Assembly: GCF_001194135.2 (NCBI RefSeq)
Contig: NC_068986.1
Span: 38,529,322 to 38,574,009, forward strand
Reading direction: 5' to 3'
DNA length: 44,688 bases
From: Octopus bimaculoides
Taxonomy: Eukaryota
The stretch's first letter is position 1. Each line of letters begins with the position of its first letter. The notes beneath the pieces are model-generated. The model saw only the letters and a program-made list of their open reading frames with translations. It was not told the DNA's origin and did no database searches. Positions 23,135 to 34,600 of this stretch are shown in pieces. Position numbers and translations under genes: made by a program.

Positions 23135-23520
23135 TTGAAGTGACTGGCACCTGTACCGGTGGCACTTAAAATGCACCGCTCGAGCGTTGAGCCTGATGGA
23201 GCCAGTGACTGGTGACCAAGACCATTGGTAATATACCATGCATGTGTAGACCTGTCAAGCCAAGTAAGACCATAGTCATGGCTGATGCCAGTGTGAGATC
23301 AATAGCACCCATGCCAGTGGCACATTATAAACACCAACTACATTCTCAGAGTGACTGGCATTAGGAAGGACATCCAGCTGTAGAAACCATGCCAAATCAG
23401 ATCAGAACCTGGTGCAGCTCCCCAGCTTACCACCTTTCAGTCAAATTGTCCAACCCATGCCAGCATGGAAAGCAGACGTTAAATGATGATGATGATGATG
23501 ATAATGATGATGATGATAGA
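23135..23520 (+). mobile_element. SINE/RTE 3'-end-related repeat with (GAT)n tail
   Basis: ggcacctgtaccggtggcac...ttaggaaggacatccagctgtagaaacc...caacccatgccagcatggaaagcagacgttaaatgatgat. Confidence 0.8.
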
Positions 23521-23544
23521 TATATAAATATATATATATATATT

Positions 23545-24065
23545 TGTTTTGCAAGATTTTTTATGTGAAATCGTGTGTTGAAACAGATGTTGTTGTACTT
23601 GGGGATGGTCATATTGCCAGTTTAGCCAATAAAAACACACGCACTGTATATTTGGTGTTAATTTTTTTTTTTTTTTTNNNNNNNNNNNNNNNNNNNNNNN
23701 NNNNNNNNNNNNNNNNNNNNNNNNNNNNNNNNNNNNNNNNNNNNNNNNNNNNNNNNNNNNNNNNNNNNNNNNNNNNNNNNNNNNNNNNNNNNNNNNNNNN
23801 NNNNNNNNNNNNNNNNNNNNNNNNNNNNNNNNNNNNNNNNNNNNNNNNNNNNNNNNNNNNNNNNNNNNNNNNNNNNNNNNNNNNNNNNNNNNNNNNNNNN
23901 NNNNNNNNNNNNNNNNNNNNNNNNNNNNNNNNNNNNNNNNNNNNNNNNNNNNNNNNNNNNNNNNNNNNNNNNNNNNNNNNNNNNNNNNNNNNNNNNNNNN
24001 NNNNNNNNNTACAGTGCGTGTGTTTTTATTGGCTAAACTGGCAATATGACCATCCCCAAGTACAA

Positions 24066-24068
<3 letters not shown>
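23545..24068. repeat. Repeat with a perfect 59-bp inverted copy across an assembly gap
   Basis: 23590-23648 is the exact reverse complement of 24010-24068; a diverged relative lies on the minus strand at ~36860-36930. Confidence 0.8.
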
Positions 24069-24097
<29 letters not shown>

Positions 24098-24299
24098 TTC
24101 ATGTTACATATTATTTATTATTCATGAAAAACTCAAATTTTCTAAGAATATCATTCTAGATATGCATATACAAAATCATTATATGCACATATATGAAGGT
24201 GCACACTAGGTGTGCTTAAGGGATTTGCTTCCCAACCATGTGGTTTGGGATTCAGTCCTACATTGCAGCCTCTTGAGAAAGTGTCTTTATTATCACCTC

Positions 24300-24770
24300 A
24301 GACTGACTGAATCTGGTTGACACTCTCTCCATTCATTCTTGCTTCCTCTATCCAGCTTTTTCTTCTAGTTCTCTTGCCCCTAGGGCCCACCTTAGTCACT
24401 ACTATATTTATCTCTCCTCCCAAATCCATACCAATTACTTTCACTTGCTCATTTATGATGTGAGCAGCCAAATATCTTTTCTACAGTAAGATACCTGTTG
24501 AGGCCCCTTCCTTCATATTCTCACCTTTCATCACCTAGCATAAAGCTGCCTCCTTCAGTACTGTAGCCCAACTCAGAGAGGGAGATTTTAGTCTTGCAAG
24601 ATTCAATAGCACTGGTGCTACAAAGAATTCACACAGCCCACTTCATAAAGTGATTTGTATTAGGAAGGACATACAGCTATAAAAACATGCCAAAGCAGAC
24701 ATTGTGAAACTACCCAATCCAGCATGGTGAAGGGATGTTAAATGATGATGATGATGATGATGATGACAAT
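24300..24770 (+). mobile_element. Decayed RTE 3' UTR and tail
   Basis: Pyrimidine-rich stretch leading into gtcttgcaag...ctggtgc...ttaggaagg...catggtgaagggatgttaaatgatgat; same layout as 33330-33900. Confidence 0.55.
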
Positions 24771-26135
24771 GATGTGTGTGTGTGTGTGTGTGTGTAATGA
24801 ATTTAAAAATATTTTTATGTTCAGAGATTATGTAGTAGAATATCAAAAGATAAGTTTTTATGTAAGTATCTATGCTGTGGAAAGTAAACAGTTATGAATG
24901 CATGTCCTTATGTTCTTCATAAACAGAAAGCTAATGTTAGCAAAGAGAATAACAAAATGAATTCACTTTTGTGTAGGTGTTGCAAACTGTAGTCTTGCTA
25001 GTTTAAATTTATCTTAGATTTTCTAATTCATGCTGTCTGAGCACAGAAATATTTCAAACTACTTATCATACATGATATTCGTCCTATATGTCTCTGAAGA
25101 TGACCAGATTAGCAACTTTACTTGTTGTGGACTGGTTTTTGAGATGGGTTATAAAACCAATATTAGCATAAAATCCATGGTTACAGTTGGGATACATAAT
25201 AACAAAGTCATGATCTAGTAGGACTCTTACTTTTCATGCAGCTCTCCTCTCTTTAGTTTTCTAGGTCATTTCTATTTCTGAGTACTATAGTACAGAGTTT
25301 GTAGTACTTTGCCATAGTGAACAATCTTGAGGAAAATGTTCCCTACCAGAGTGTTGTAAGCTACATTTTTTCAATATAATATACAGTTATGTACAACCAT
25401 ATTTACCATGTACACTTGGAAATATGAAGACCTTTCAATGTGGAAATAGTCCTGGGAGAAAACTCTTTTCATAGACAAAATGTGTGAAAAAACATTGGTT
25501 TATAAATGATGTCATCAGATCATAAACACATGCATTTCTGCATCGTTGCATGTCATCAGCTACAAATACCAAATTCATCTTTCACAGCTCTATAAGAACA
25601 ACCAATCTTTTTTATAATAACAGCAAATAGTACATCTACTGATGTTTTTAAATCTTGTTGAAGTTGGAATTAAATAGCTAGCAGTGCACAAAACAGTGTT
25701 GAATAAAATATAATCATGTACAACTATATTTTAACATGTTTGTGTGCTCTCAGACGTGGCAGGACCTTTTACTGCAAAAATAGTCTCAGGAGAAAATTCT
25801 CCTCATGGACAAAATGTGTGAAAACACAATGGGCTATGATTGGCATCATCAAATAGTAGTATGAATGCATTTTTGCATCAATGCATGCCATCAGCTATGA
25901 ATTCCGAATTTGTCTATCAGAGTTCTTTTATTATATAAAACCAGGCAGACACAGTCTTGCATTCATTGAACTTTCATAGATGTTAACTCATTGTATCTCA
26001 TTGGATAACTTGAAATAAGATTTATGCCAATGAAAATTCAATGAATGTGGGACTGAGTCCAGATGTTGATATACAACAAAAGAACTCAAAGATGAATTTG
26101 GTTTTCATAGCTGACAATAGGATCAAGTGAAGTTG

Positions 26136-26190
<55 letters not shown>

Positions 26191-26560
26191 AGAATGCCTT
26201 TAGTAAATTAGGAGAGGTACACCAAGGGAAGATGAAAGCGGCTAAATCAGTTTATGCTCATGTATATATTATATATGTACACATACATGCATATATATTA
26301 TATATACACATATAATAGAAATTGGATGCAAAATGATGATTAAAATAATACATAAATACATTCATGCATGCATGTACACACACACATATATTGTGTGTAT
26401 TCTGGTTTTAGAGTAAGTAAACCATGTCCCTACACTGCACAACATGCCTGAAAAGGTAAAATGAAGGTCCTCCAACCATCTCAGGAAACTCACCCAGCCC
26501 ATAGCTGCATGGAAAAGTGTATGTACGACCATAATGATGATGGTTTTACACACACGCACG

Positions 26561-26597
<37 letters not shown>

Positions 26598-27699
26598 ATA
26601 TACACAAACACACATACACTTATACATTTGTATATAAGTTCTGAACAGAAGCTCCCCTTTATCTTATCATTGTGATTGTAATCTCTTACAAAGTATTAAT
26701 ATTATCATCATAAACTCCTGCGGTTGTACCTATCCAGCTTTCTAGTAATAATCTCTTGCAGGCAATTCAAAGAAGAAGACTTTAATACTTTGACAAATTT
26801 CCAGTTGCGCACTACAATTTAATAGTCACAGTGGCTAATATTGAATTTGTTGGCAGCTATGTCAAATTACAGCCTTGAATTAAAAACAAAAACAAAAGGC
26901 ATGACACATTATGGAAATATATTTTCCAGTTTCTACATAATTCACAAAATATAAATGATCAGAGAGGCTGTTTTGCATGAACATGAATTAATGAAAGTTT
27001 ATTTCATCTTTAAACAACACAAGCTGTTGTTGTTGTGGTGGTGGTGGTGGTGGTGGTTTAACCCTGCAACCCCTCCCAGCTAGTACCAAATCATGTAGAC
27101 CGAGTAGACCTATGATTAAAGTCATTTAGGGTATGACCATCCAGTCTATGTTTCCTTTTCGCCAATATAAAATGTATTTAAAACAACAATATCCAATGTA
27201 CACTGCTTTTTCTTTTTTTTTTTTTTTTTGATAGACAATCATGTGTGATTTGAAGGAGATTTGGCTGCTATTTCTAGCAAGCCAAGTAATCACATAGAGA
27301 CTCTCACATTAGCTGTAGATTATATAGCCTATGGGTGCCTGGTGGGGGAGACGAAACTCGCTGCCTCAGGCAGCATACATTCCCACTACTTCACAGAATA
27401 TAAATAAGAAAAGACATACAGTTGTCTATGGTGTATATTTTAATTGAAATAAAGGATATTTCCCTCTTAATTATTCAATTTTTAACTTGATGATTGATAT
27501 TTCAAAATAAGCCAAAAATATATTTTATTTGGCGTTGACTGATGTCCAAAATGTAGAATGATGAGTGTGAGACTACTACCCTAAACTATTATATGAAAAG
27601 AAAATATAATTAGTCTTGTTGATATCCTGCAAATTTATAAAAGTCAAGAGAACAGGAAATATTTTTGGAGCCATGGATCTCAAAGCAGACAAATAGTTC

Positions 27700-28320
27700 T
27701 TTCTATTATAAGCATACGGCCTGAAATTTTGGAGGAGGGGGTAGTTGGCTACATCGACCCCAGTGTCCAACTGGTACTCTTTTTATTGACCCCAGAAGGA
27801 TGAAAGGCGAAGTCAACCATGGCAGATTTGAACCCAGAACATAAAGTCAGACGAAATACTGCTGAGCATTTTGCTCAACATGCTAATGATTCTGCCAGCT
27901 TACCACCTTAACCCTTTCATTACCAACCCGGCTGAAGCTGCCTCTGGCTCTGTAGTACAAATGTCTTGTTTTCATAAGTTTTGAATTAAAATCTTCCACC
28001 AAACCTTAGTCTGAATTTATGTTCTTAATACCAGCTTAATGATAACTAAGTTATTTTACTAAATCCTTTGTTATATTTGAAATTAATTGAAAGAAACACA
28101 GAGCATCTCAAAATAAATACGTTAACAAAAGGGTTAAAGCAGATAAATAACCATTTCTGTTATAGGCACAGCGCCTAAAATTTTGGGGGTGGGGGCTAGT
28201 CAATTGCATTGACCCCCCAGTGTCCAACTGGTATTCTTTTTATTGACTCTTAAAGGATGATAGGCAAAGTCAACTTTGGTGGAATTTGGAGTAGATAGAT
28301 AGAAGCATATGAAATTGCAT
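27700..28320 (-). mobile_element. Tandem copies of the (ATT)n-tailed SINE family
   Basis: Repeated aggc...ctgaaattttggg...gacccccagtgtccaactggta...ttttattgac...aggatga.aggc.aagtcaac blocks at ~27710 and ~28160. Confidence 0.75.
27912..28133. mobile_element. TTAA-flanked piggyBac-like MITE, family 2
   Basis: TTAA|CCCTTT ... AAAGGG|TTAA with TTAA at 27908-27911 and 28134-28137; the interior is unrelated to family 1. Confidence 0.8.
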
Positions 28321-29326
28321 TAAAAAAAACCCTAGGAAAAGTCAAAGGCTGCTCATGACATGTGAACCCACATCTATAAACATGACAGAGGTTTACAAAT
28401 GGATCAAAGCAAGGAGAGCCTTCAACTGATTTTTTTCTATCCAAAAGGCTTTTAAGACCGATTTCTATATACTGGCAGTGTTCCAGTATGGCCACAGTCT
28501 TAGGGCTAAAACATGCAAAAGAATAAAAGAATACTATCATTTATATCTTCCTCATAAAGTGGTCGGTTGGCTGAAACTTAGCAACATCTCATCCATCTTT
28601 ATGTTTTGAGGTCAGCAGGCCTAAAATTTTGTAGGGAGAGGACTAATCAATTACTTTAACCCCAGAGCTCAACATACTTTCATTTGACCAATACAAGCAT
28701 AGGCAAGTAGATGATGATGATGATGATGACGATGATGATGATGATGATTGTTCAATAGCCAACACTCCCACACTGCTAAGCTTCTAGTTTGTCACAGCTG
28801 GAATGCTTTTGATCAAGATTGATCTGATGTTAACAACAATAAATACACCTACATATTTGTTCTTTAATGAGGTCAAATATGTGGGTGAGAGAATGAGTTT
28901 CTACATGGCTGCTCAGCTTGCTAGAAGTAGTAACCAAATCTCCCTCAAATTACATGCTATCTTAGAAAAGAATACATTGGATAATGTGGTCCTGGGTTCC
29001 TTGCAGATAGGGGGGGAAGGATGGTTATGGAAGAAACGCCTTTGATTATAGGTGTGCTTCATTAGTTCTGAACAACAACTTAAAGTGAGCTACTAAGTCT
29101 ATGAGCGTTGATAATTCATAAAATTCTATTGAAAGGAAAACATCGATCATTTCAGTTTAGATTGTCTGAAGTGACTGAATCAACACTTCAGTTTCCTTAT
29201 ATTCCAGATTTACAAAGACAGGCACAATAGACTGTCACTTTAAATAAATTGCAGTATTCAATTACTTTTCTTTATGTTCTGAGTTCAAATCCCACCAGAG
29301 TCAACTGCCTTCCTTTCATCTTTCAG

Positions 29327-29694
29327 ATCAATGGTATCTATACGCAGAATATTCAGGATAGAATCACAAACTCTGAAGTCCAGAGAAGAGCCAATCCGTG
29401 CAGCCTAGAGCAGATTGTAGTGGAAAGAAGAGTGAGATGTGTGAGTTATGTTTTCCAGTTGCCAGAAGGGCAAATATGTAAGATAAATATACAATGGGTA
29501 CTACCAGGGGGACAAAAATAGAGAGGGAGAGCTAAAATGACATGGTGTGCCACCTTCAAATACACTCTGAAGCAGCTTAGCATCACATGGGAAGGTGCAG
29601 GTGACTATGCTAAAAACAAGGGGAATTATTGGAGATGTATTGCTGCCCAATGTACTGGCCAACTTTACAGAAGGAACTAAGACTCAGACTAAAA
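29327..29694 (+). mobile_element. 5'-truncated RTE-clade LINE 3' end inserted in a SINE
   Basis: DRITNSEVQRRA...ERRVRCVSYVFQLP...WVLPGGQK*RGRAKMTW...WRCIAAQC resembles the RTE ORF C-terminus (RRLRWxGHV...GxRxRGRPxxTW); flanked by a 25-bp direct repeat. Confidence 0.8.
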
Positions 29695-29944
29695 CAACTG
29701 CCTTCTTTTCATCCTTCAGTCCCTCTAGAGTTAACTGCCTTCCTGTCATCCTTCCATGTGTATGTATGGAATGGGATGGAATCAATCAATAAAGTCAATT
29801 ACTTTCCTATAAAGAATCTTAGATTTGAATGAATTATCATAGACGACTACACACTCAAAACTTGTGGTGAAGTTAGAATTTCTGTATGAGTTTATTTTTT
29901 TTATTTATTGGTTTGACAGAAGAGATTATTACCCATGACCTTCT

Positions 29945-31045
29945 AAGGTCCTCTTAAATAGTGCAATGTCATTCATGTTCCTCTTGAACCTTTGTAAGTC
30001 AACACCTGTGGGAAAGCCATAAGCAAAGAGGGACTTCCAAAAAGCTAACATTAGTGATTAGTACAGAGTCTGGTGGGTTGGGTATAACAAGAACAGTGAG
30101 AAGAGGTAAGACAAGTAGATTGGAAATTTTGAGTGGAGGTAGCACGAACCCAGGCAACTCAAAGGAGTAGAAGCTATTATAGTGGAGAAAGAAAAAAACA
30201 GAGAGAGGAGACACATTTGGAGCATATCTGTGAATGATGTTATGCCATTCAGTCTGGTAGCCCTTTTCTGGAAGCAGTCAAGCATATCTGTGTATGTTGC
30301 AGTAGCAATATCTCATATATAAGAGCAATACTCTATTGTAATATATACCTGAACTTTCTGGAATGTCAATAATTGCTGGGGGATGAAGTATCTTCTGGAC
30401 CTGGAGAGAAGGGCCAGTTGTTGGGATGCAGTCCTAGCTATGTTAAGGATGTTCTTTCACCAGGAGAGATCGTCAGTGATAGTGAGATCAAACTTTTGGA
30501 GTCATTGAGAGATTTCTAATTGCATATTGCCCATAGTTAGGAGGGATGGGATATTATGATTTTTTTTTTTATGAGTAGTGTTTGTGTTTTCTTACTTTTG
30601 GAAAGAACAAGAATGACAATTGGAGGAAATTTTTGAGTATCTGTTCATAGTAATTGCAAGTGGTGTCTAGGTTACAAGTAGATGATGTATGGACATGGAA
30701 AGTAAGGGAACAATTGAGGGGAGTGTCATCTACATAAGAACAGGTGGTGTTGGACACAATGGCAGATAAGTCATTGATGCATAGAAAGAAAAGAGTGGGT
30801 GACATACCAGAAATGATAAAAATCATACGTAGAAAGTGCTCTGTGAATATAAGCCGAGATAGTGGTATCTTATATGAAGCTACCAATCTAAAAATTTGCA
30901 TCCAAATATAGTCAAAAACTTTGCTTTACCAAATTTCTCCAAGACATATGTCCACTGGTGAGTGACAAAGAGGAGTAGATCACTGGTAGATCTGGCTTTA
31001 TAGAAACCATACTGGTGGTTGTTAAGTTGCACCAATATCTGCATC
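29945..31045 (-). mobile_element. CR1/L2-group LINE reverse transcriptase remnant
   Basis: HQYGFYKARSTSDLL, SPTLFFLCINDL...SYVDD (YADD motif), LDCFQKRATRL and DLQRFKRNMN in order on the minus strand, with stops and frameshifts. Confidence 0.85.
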
Positions 31046-31162
31046 TAAGTGTTTGTGTTATGAAAGTATCAATAATTAAATTACAATGAAGGTGTTGCTT
31101 GTTACTTTTTAAAGAGATATTTTAGGGAAAAGATTGTTCTTTTTTTATTCTTTAACTCTTAC

Positions 31163-31206
31163 CTGAAACAACTTCTGGTTGTGATACAAAATCTGTTTTA
31201 AAGAAT
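31163..31206 (-). CDS. Weak candidate exon (FFKTDFVSQPEVVS or SLKQILYHNQKLFQ)
   Basis: Donor CAG|GTAAGA; acceptor ambiguous (exon start 31206 or 31192). Confidence 0.2.
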
Positions 31207-31669
31207 CTGCATTCCATCATAATTAGATTTTATAAATGAAACCTTTATTAAGTTACATTCCAAACATCTACTAGATATTAAAAATTTTAGTTATTCTGTT
31301 AACTCTCCTCAAATTCTGGAATATTTCAAAACTCAGCTGAACAACAAAGGAGTGTATGTATATTTTATTAGAAATATGAGCATGAATGGATTAAAACTAA
31401 ATTAATGTATTAAATATATAAAAAAAAAATATGCTTGCAATCAATTTTGCATATTTTCATACACAGCAAACTGACATGCTTGTATAAATTATGTAAACAA
31501 ATAAAAAGATTTTGACATATTTCACAGTAAAATATATACAGAGCATATTTTTGGATGGGTTGACAGACTGATGGGACGTTTACTAAACAACATAGGCTGA
31601 TTTTTGCGTTAAACAATTATTCTAACATTGCTTGGTTTGTAATAAAATAAACATGTGCAAACAGACCCA

Positions 31670-32055
31670 GGAAGACATGAGACAAAGTGGTGACACATGA
31701 TCTATGGATGTTGAGTCTACAGAGGCAACGACAAGTGATTGAGACTATTGGTGATTTGCTGTGCTTGAGAAGACACGTCAATCTAAGTGAAATTGTAATT
31801 GTGGTCAGTGCTGGTGACACATAAAAGGCACAGGTGCCAGTGACACACAAAAGGTACCCGTGCTGGTGACATGTAAGAGGCACCATGCCAGTGACACCTA
31901 AAAGGCACCCACTACATTCGTGGAGCGGTTGGTGTTAGGAAGAGCATCCAGCTGTAGAAACCAAGCCTGATCAGATTGGAGCTGGGTACAGCTCTCCAGC
32001 TTACCAGTCTCAGTCAAACTGTCTAACCCATGTCATCATGGAAAACGGATGCTAA

Positions 32056-32095
<40 letters not shown>
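31670..32095 (+). mobile_element. SINE/RTE 3'-end-related repeat with internal ~25-bp tandem repeats
   Basis: Four gtgc(t/c)(g/a)gtgaca...aaaggcacc units at ~31805-31910, then the standard core and (GAT)n tail. Confidence 0.8.
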
Positions 32096-32096
<1 letters not shown>

Positions 32097-32509
32097 GACT
32101 GCACCTCAGCTGAATTTTGCCCAACATACCTTCAGTCAGTAGAGTTTTAGTAACTTTTTACATTAATGTATTTTATTATTTCAAAATATAAAAACTTTGA
32201 ATCTTACACTGGATTTAAGCCTTTCTTACTTGATTCTCACTGACTTTTTCATTCCGTCTTCATTCCTGTATATTTACAAATTAATGGTTAATATACCATA
32301 AAATATTTGTAACTAACTCATCAAACTAACAGTGGGTTGGGTTGGTTTATGTTTTCTCACTTAAGCCCTTCATCCTTATGCAACGGCCAGCGATGACTTT
32401 CCTCCACTTTTCTCCACACAGGCTGTCTTTTCTGCTTCTCTCCAGTTGGATCCCTGTTTGTTCAGCTCTGTCTTAGTATCACTTGTGGTCATTTGTTTTC
32501 CTGAAGGAA

Positions 32510-33900
32510 GGCCTTCATCACCCAAGTCTTGTTGGTTTTGAATTGTCATCAATATGTCAAAACGATGCAGGTAGAAATTCCATACTGTGCACTCAGTGCA
32601 AGCTATGGACACATAAGAAGTGCAGTGGAATCACAGGAAGGTTAACAGAAAAAGCAGTTTTTGTCTGTGGTAAATCTGCAGGTACAACAAACACTAAGGA
32701 TGTGCAGGAAACAGACTTCCACATGTGTGTAAGGAGATCATTGGAGGTAGTAGATAGTTTTTGTTTAGCCAGGTAACCAAATTAGTAGTGGTGGATGTTG
32801 CTCTGAAAGCAGTCTACATTGCTAGAATAAGAACTAGCTGGGCAAAGTTCAGAGAGCAATTACCTTTGTTGGTCACAGAGGGCCTCTCCTTCAGAGTGAA
32901 AGACTAAGTGTGTGATGCCTGTGTACAGACAGCTGTACTACATAGCAACAAAACATGGGTTGTGACTGCAGAAGACATGAGAAAGCTTGAAAGCAATGAA
33001 GTCAGCATGCTCCACTGGAAGTGCAATACCAGTGTGCTTGTACAACAAGGAGTAAACGTTTTTAGAGAGAAATTGGATGTAAGAGGCATCAGTTGTAGTG
33101 TGCAAGAGAGAAGACTGCATTGGTATGGTCATGTGATGCATATGGATGAGAACAATTGCATAAAGAGGTGCCAATTTCTAAATATGGAGGAAACTTGTGG
33201 AAGAAGAAGACCCAGGAAGATGTGGGATGAAGTGGTGAGAAATGGTCTTTAGATTTTGAGCCTCACAGAGATGATGATGAAGGCTGAGCCAACTGGTGAT
33301 ATGCAGTACTTGAGAAGACATACCCAGCAGATAAAACTCCATGTCCATGATCCCCTTCCTACCCTACAACTCATTTATGCTCACCACCAATAATTCCACT
33401 ACTCACCTCCATTCTCCCTCACATGTCCACCTACCTGCGCATAATATTCTCCAGTTAAATCCCTTCCCCTCACCTTTAGCTTCCACTCTTTCAAAATTTT
33501 GTAAACTCACCCACTGACCCATCCTCTTCAGTCCCTGATCCACTCCAATGTACACACTACCCTATAAATAAGGTGTACAGCCCCTGATCCCTCTGTCACA
33601 TTTTCACCATCTTTCTCTCTTCTCCATCTGAGGTAGCCATATTTTTCTTCAAATACAAGACAACTTTTTGTTACTCAATTGAAGGATCTTGTTCAGTAAG
33701 TTTTTTGGTGACTTTACTGATGTGGGTACCATGTAAATATCACCCAGGACCCTTTGTAAAGTGGTTGGTGTTAGGAAGGGCTGTACAAACCATGCCAAAA
33801 CAGACAGAAAAGCATGGTGTAGTTTTCTGACTAGCCTGTTCCCATCAAACAGTCCAACCCATGCCAGCATGGAAAATGAGCATTGAACAACAACAACGAT
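32510..33900 (+). mobile_element. RTE-clade LINE 3' portion (PHD-like finger, RT C-terminus, 3' UTR, tail)
   Basis: SICQNDAGRNSILCTQCKLWTHKKCSG...FVCGK...LEVVDSF, RIRTSWAKFRE-like segment, DACVQTAVLHSNKTW, QERRLHWYGHV, GRRRPRKMWDEVV; pyrimidine-rich UTR ending in aacccatgccagcatggaaaa. Confidence 0.9.
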
Positions 33901-33955
33901 GATGCCGTCGATGACTCATGTGTGTGTGTGTATTTATATACATATAATATGTTTT

Positions 33956-34267
33956 GTTGCCAGTGCCCCTGAACTGGCTCTTGTGTGGGGCCGTCATAGG
34001 ATTTTCGAGCGAGATCGTTGCCAGTGCCCCTGGACTGGCTCATGTGCGGGCGACATATGAAATCTTTCGAGCGGGATCGTTGCCAGTGCCCCTGGACTGG
34101 CTCATGTGCGGGTGACACATGATATCTTTCGAGCGAGATCGTTGCCAGTGCCCCTGGACTGGCTCTTGTGCGGGTGACACATGAAATGTTTCGAGCGGGA
34201 TCGTTGCCAGTGCCACTGGACTGGCTCATGTGTGGGCGACACATGAAATCTTTCGAGCGGGATCGTT
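33956..34267 (+). repeat. 62-bp minisatellite (at least 5 units) inside a SINE-like element, running into a gap
   Basis: Units start at 33956, 34017, 34079, 34141, 34203 and 34265 (gttgccagtgcccctggactggctc.tgtgcgggtgacacatgaaatctttcgagcg.gatc). Confidence 0.95.
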
Positions 34268-34383
34268 NNNNNNNNNNNNNNNNNNNNNNNNNNNNNNNNN
34301 NNNNNNNNNNNNNNNNNNNNNNNNNNNNNNNNNNNNNNNNNNNNNNNNNNNNNNNNNNNNNNNNNNNNNNNNNNNNNNNNNNN

Positions 34384-34600
34384 GGCCGTTGCCAGTACCG
34401 CCTGACTGGCCTTCGTGCGGGTGACATGTAAAAGCACCCACTACACTCTCTGAGTGGTTGGTGTTAGGAAGGGCATCCAGCTGTAGAAACTCTGCCAAAT
34501 CAGATTGGAGCCTGGTGTAGCTATCTGGTTTCACCAGTCCTCAGTCAAATCGTCCAACCCATGCTAGCATGGAAAGCGGACATTAAACGACGACGACGAA
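34384..34600 (+). mobile_element. Well-preserved SINE/RTE 3'-end-related core
   Basis: aaaagcacccactacactctctgagtggttggtgttaggaagggcatccagctgtagaaactctgcc...aacccatgctagcatggaaagcggacattaaacgacgacg. Confidence 0.85.

Noticed and set aside
26494-26504. Minus-strand micro-exon with donor TGG|GTGAGT
   Set aside because: Lies in a degenerate SINE tail (cagcccatagctgcatggaaaag).
33956-34267. CRISPR array
   Set aside because: Contiguous tandem units with no unique spacers, no cas genes, eukaryotic context.
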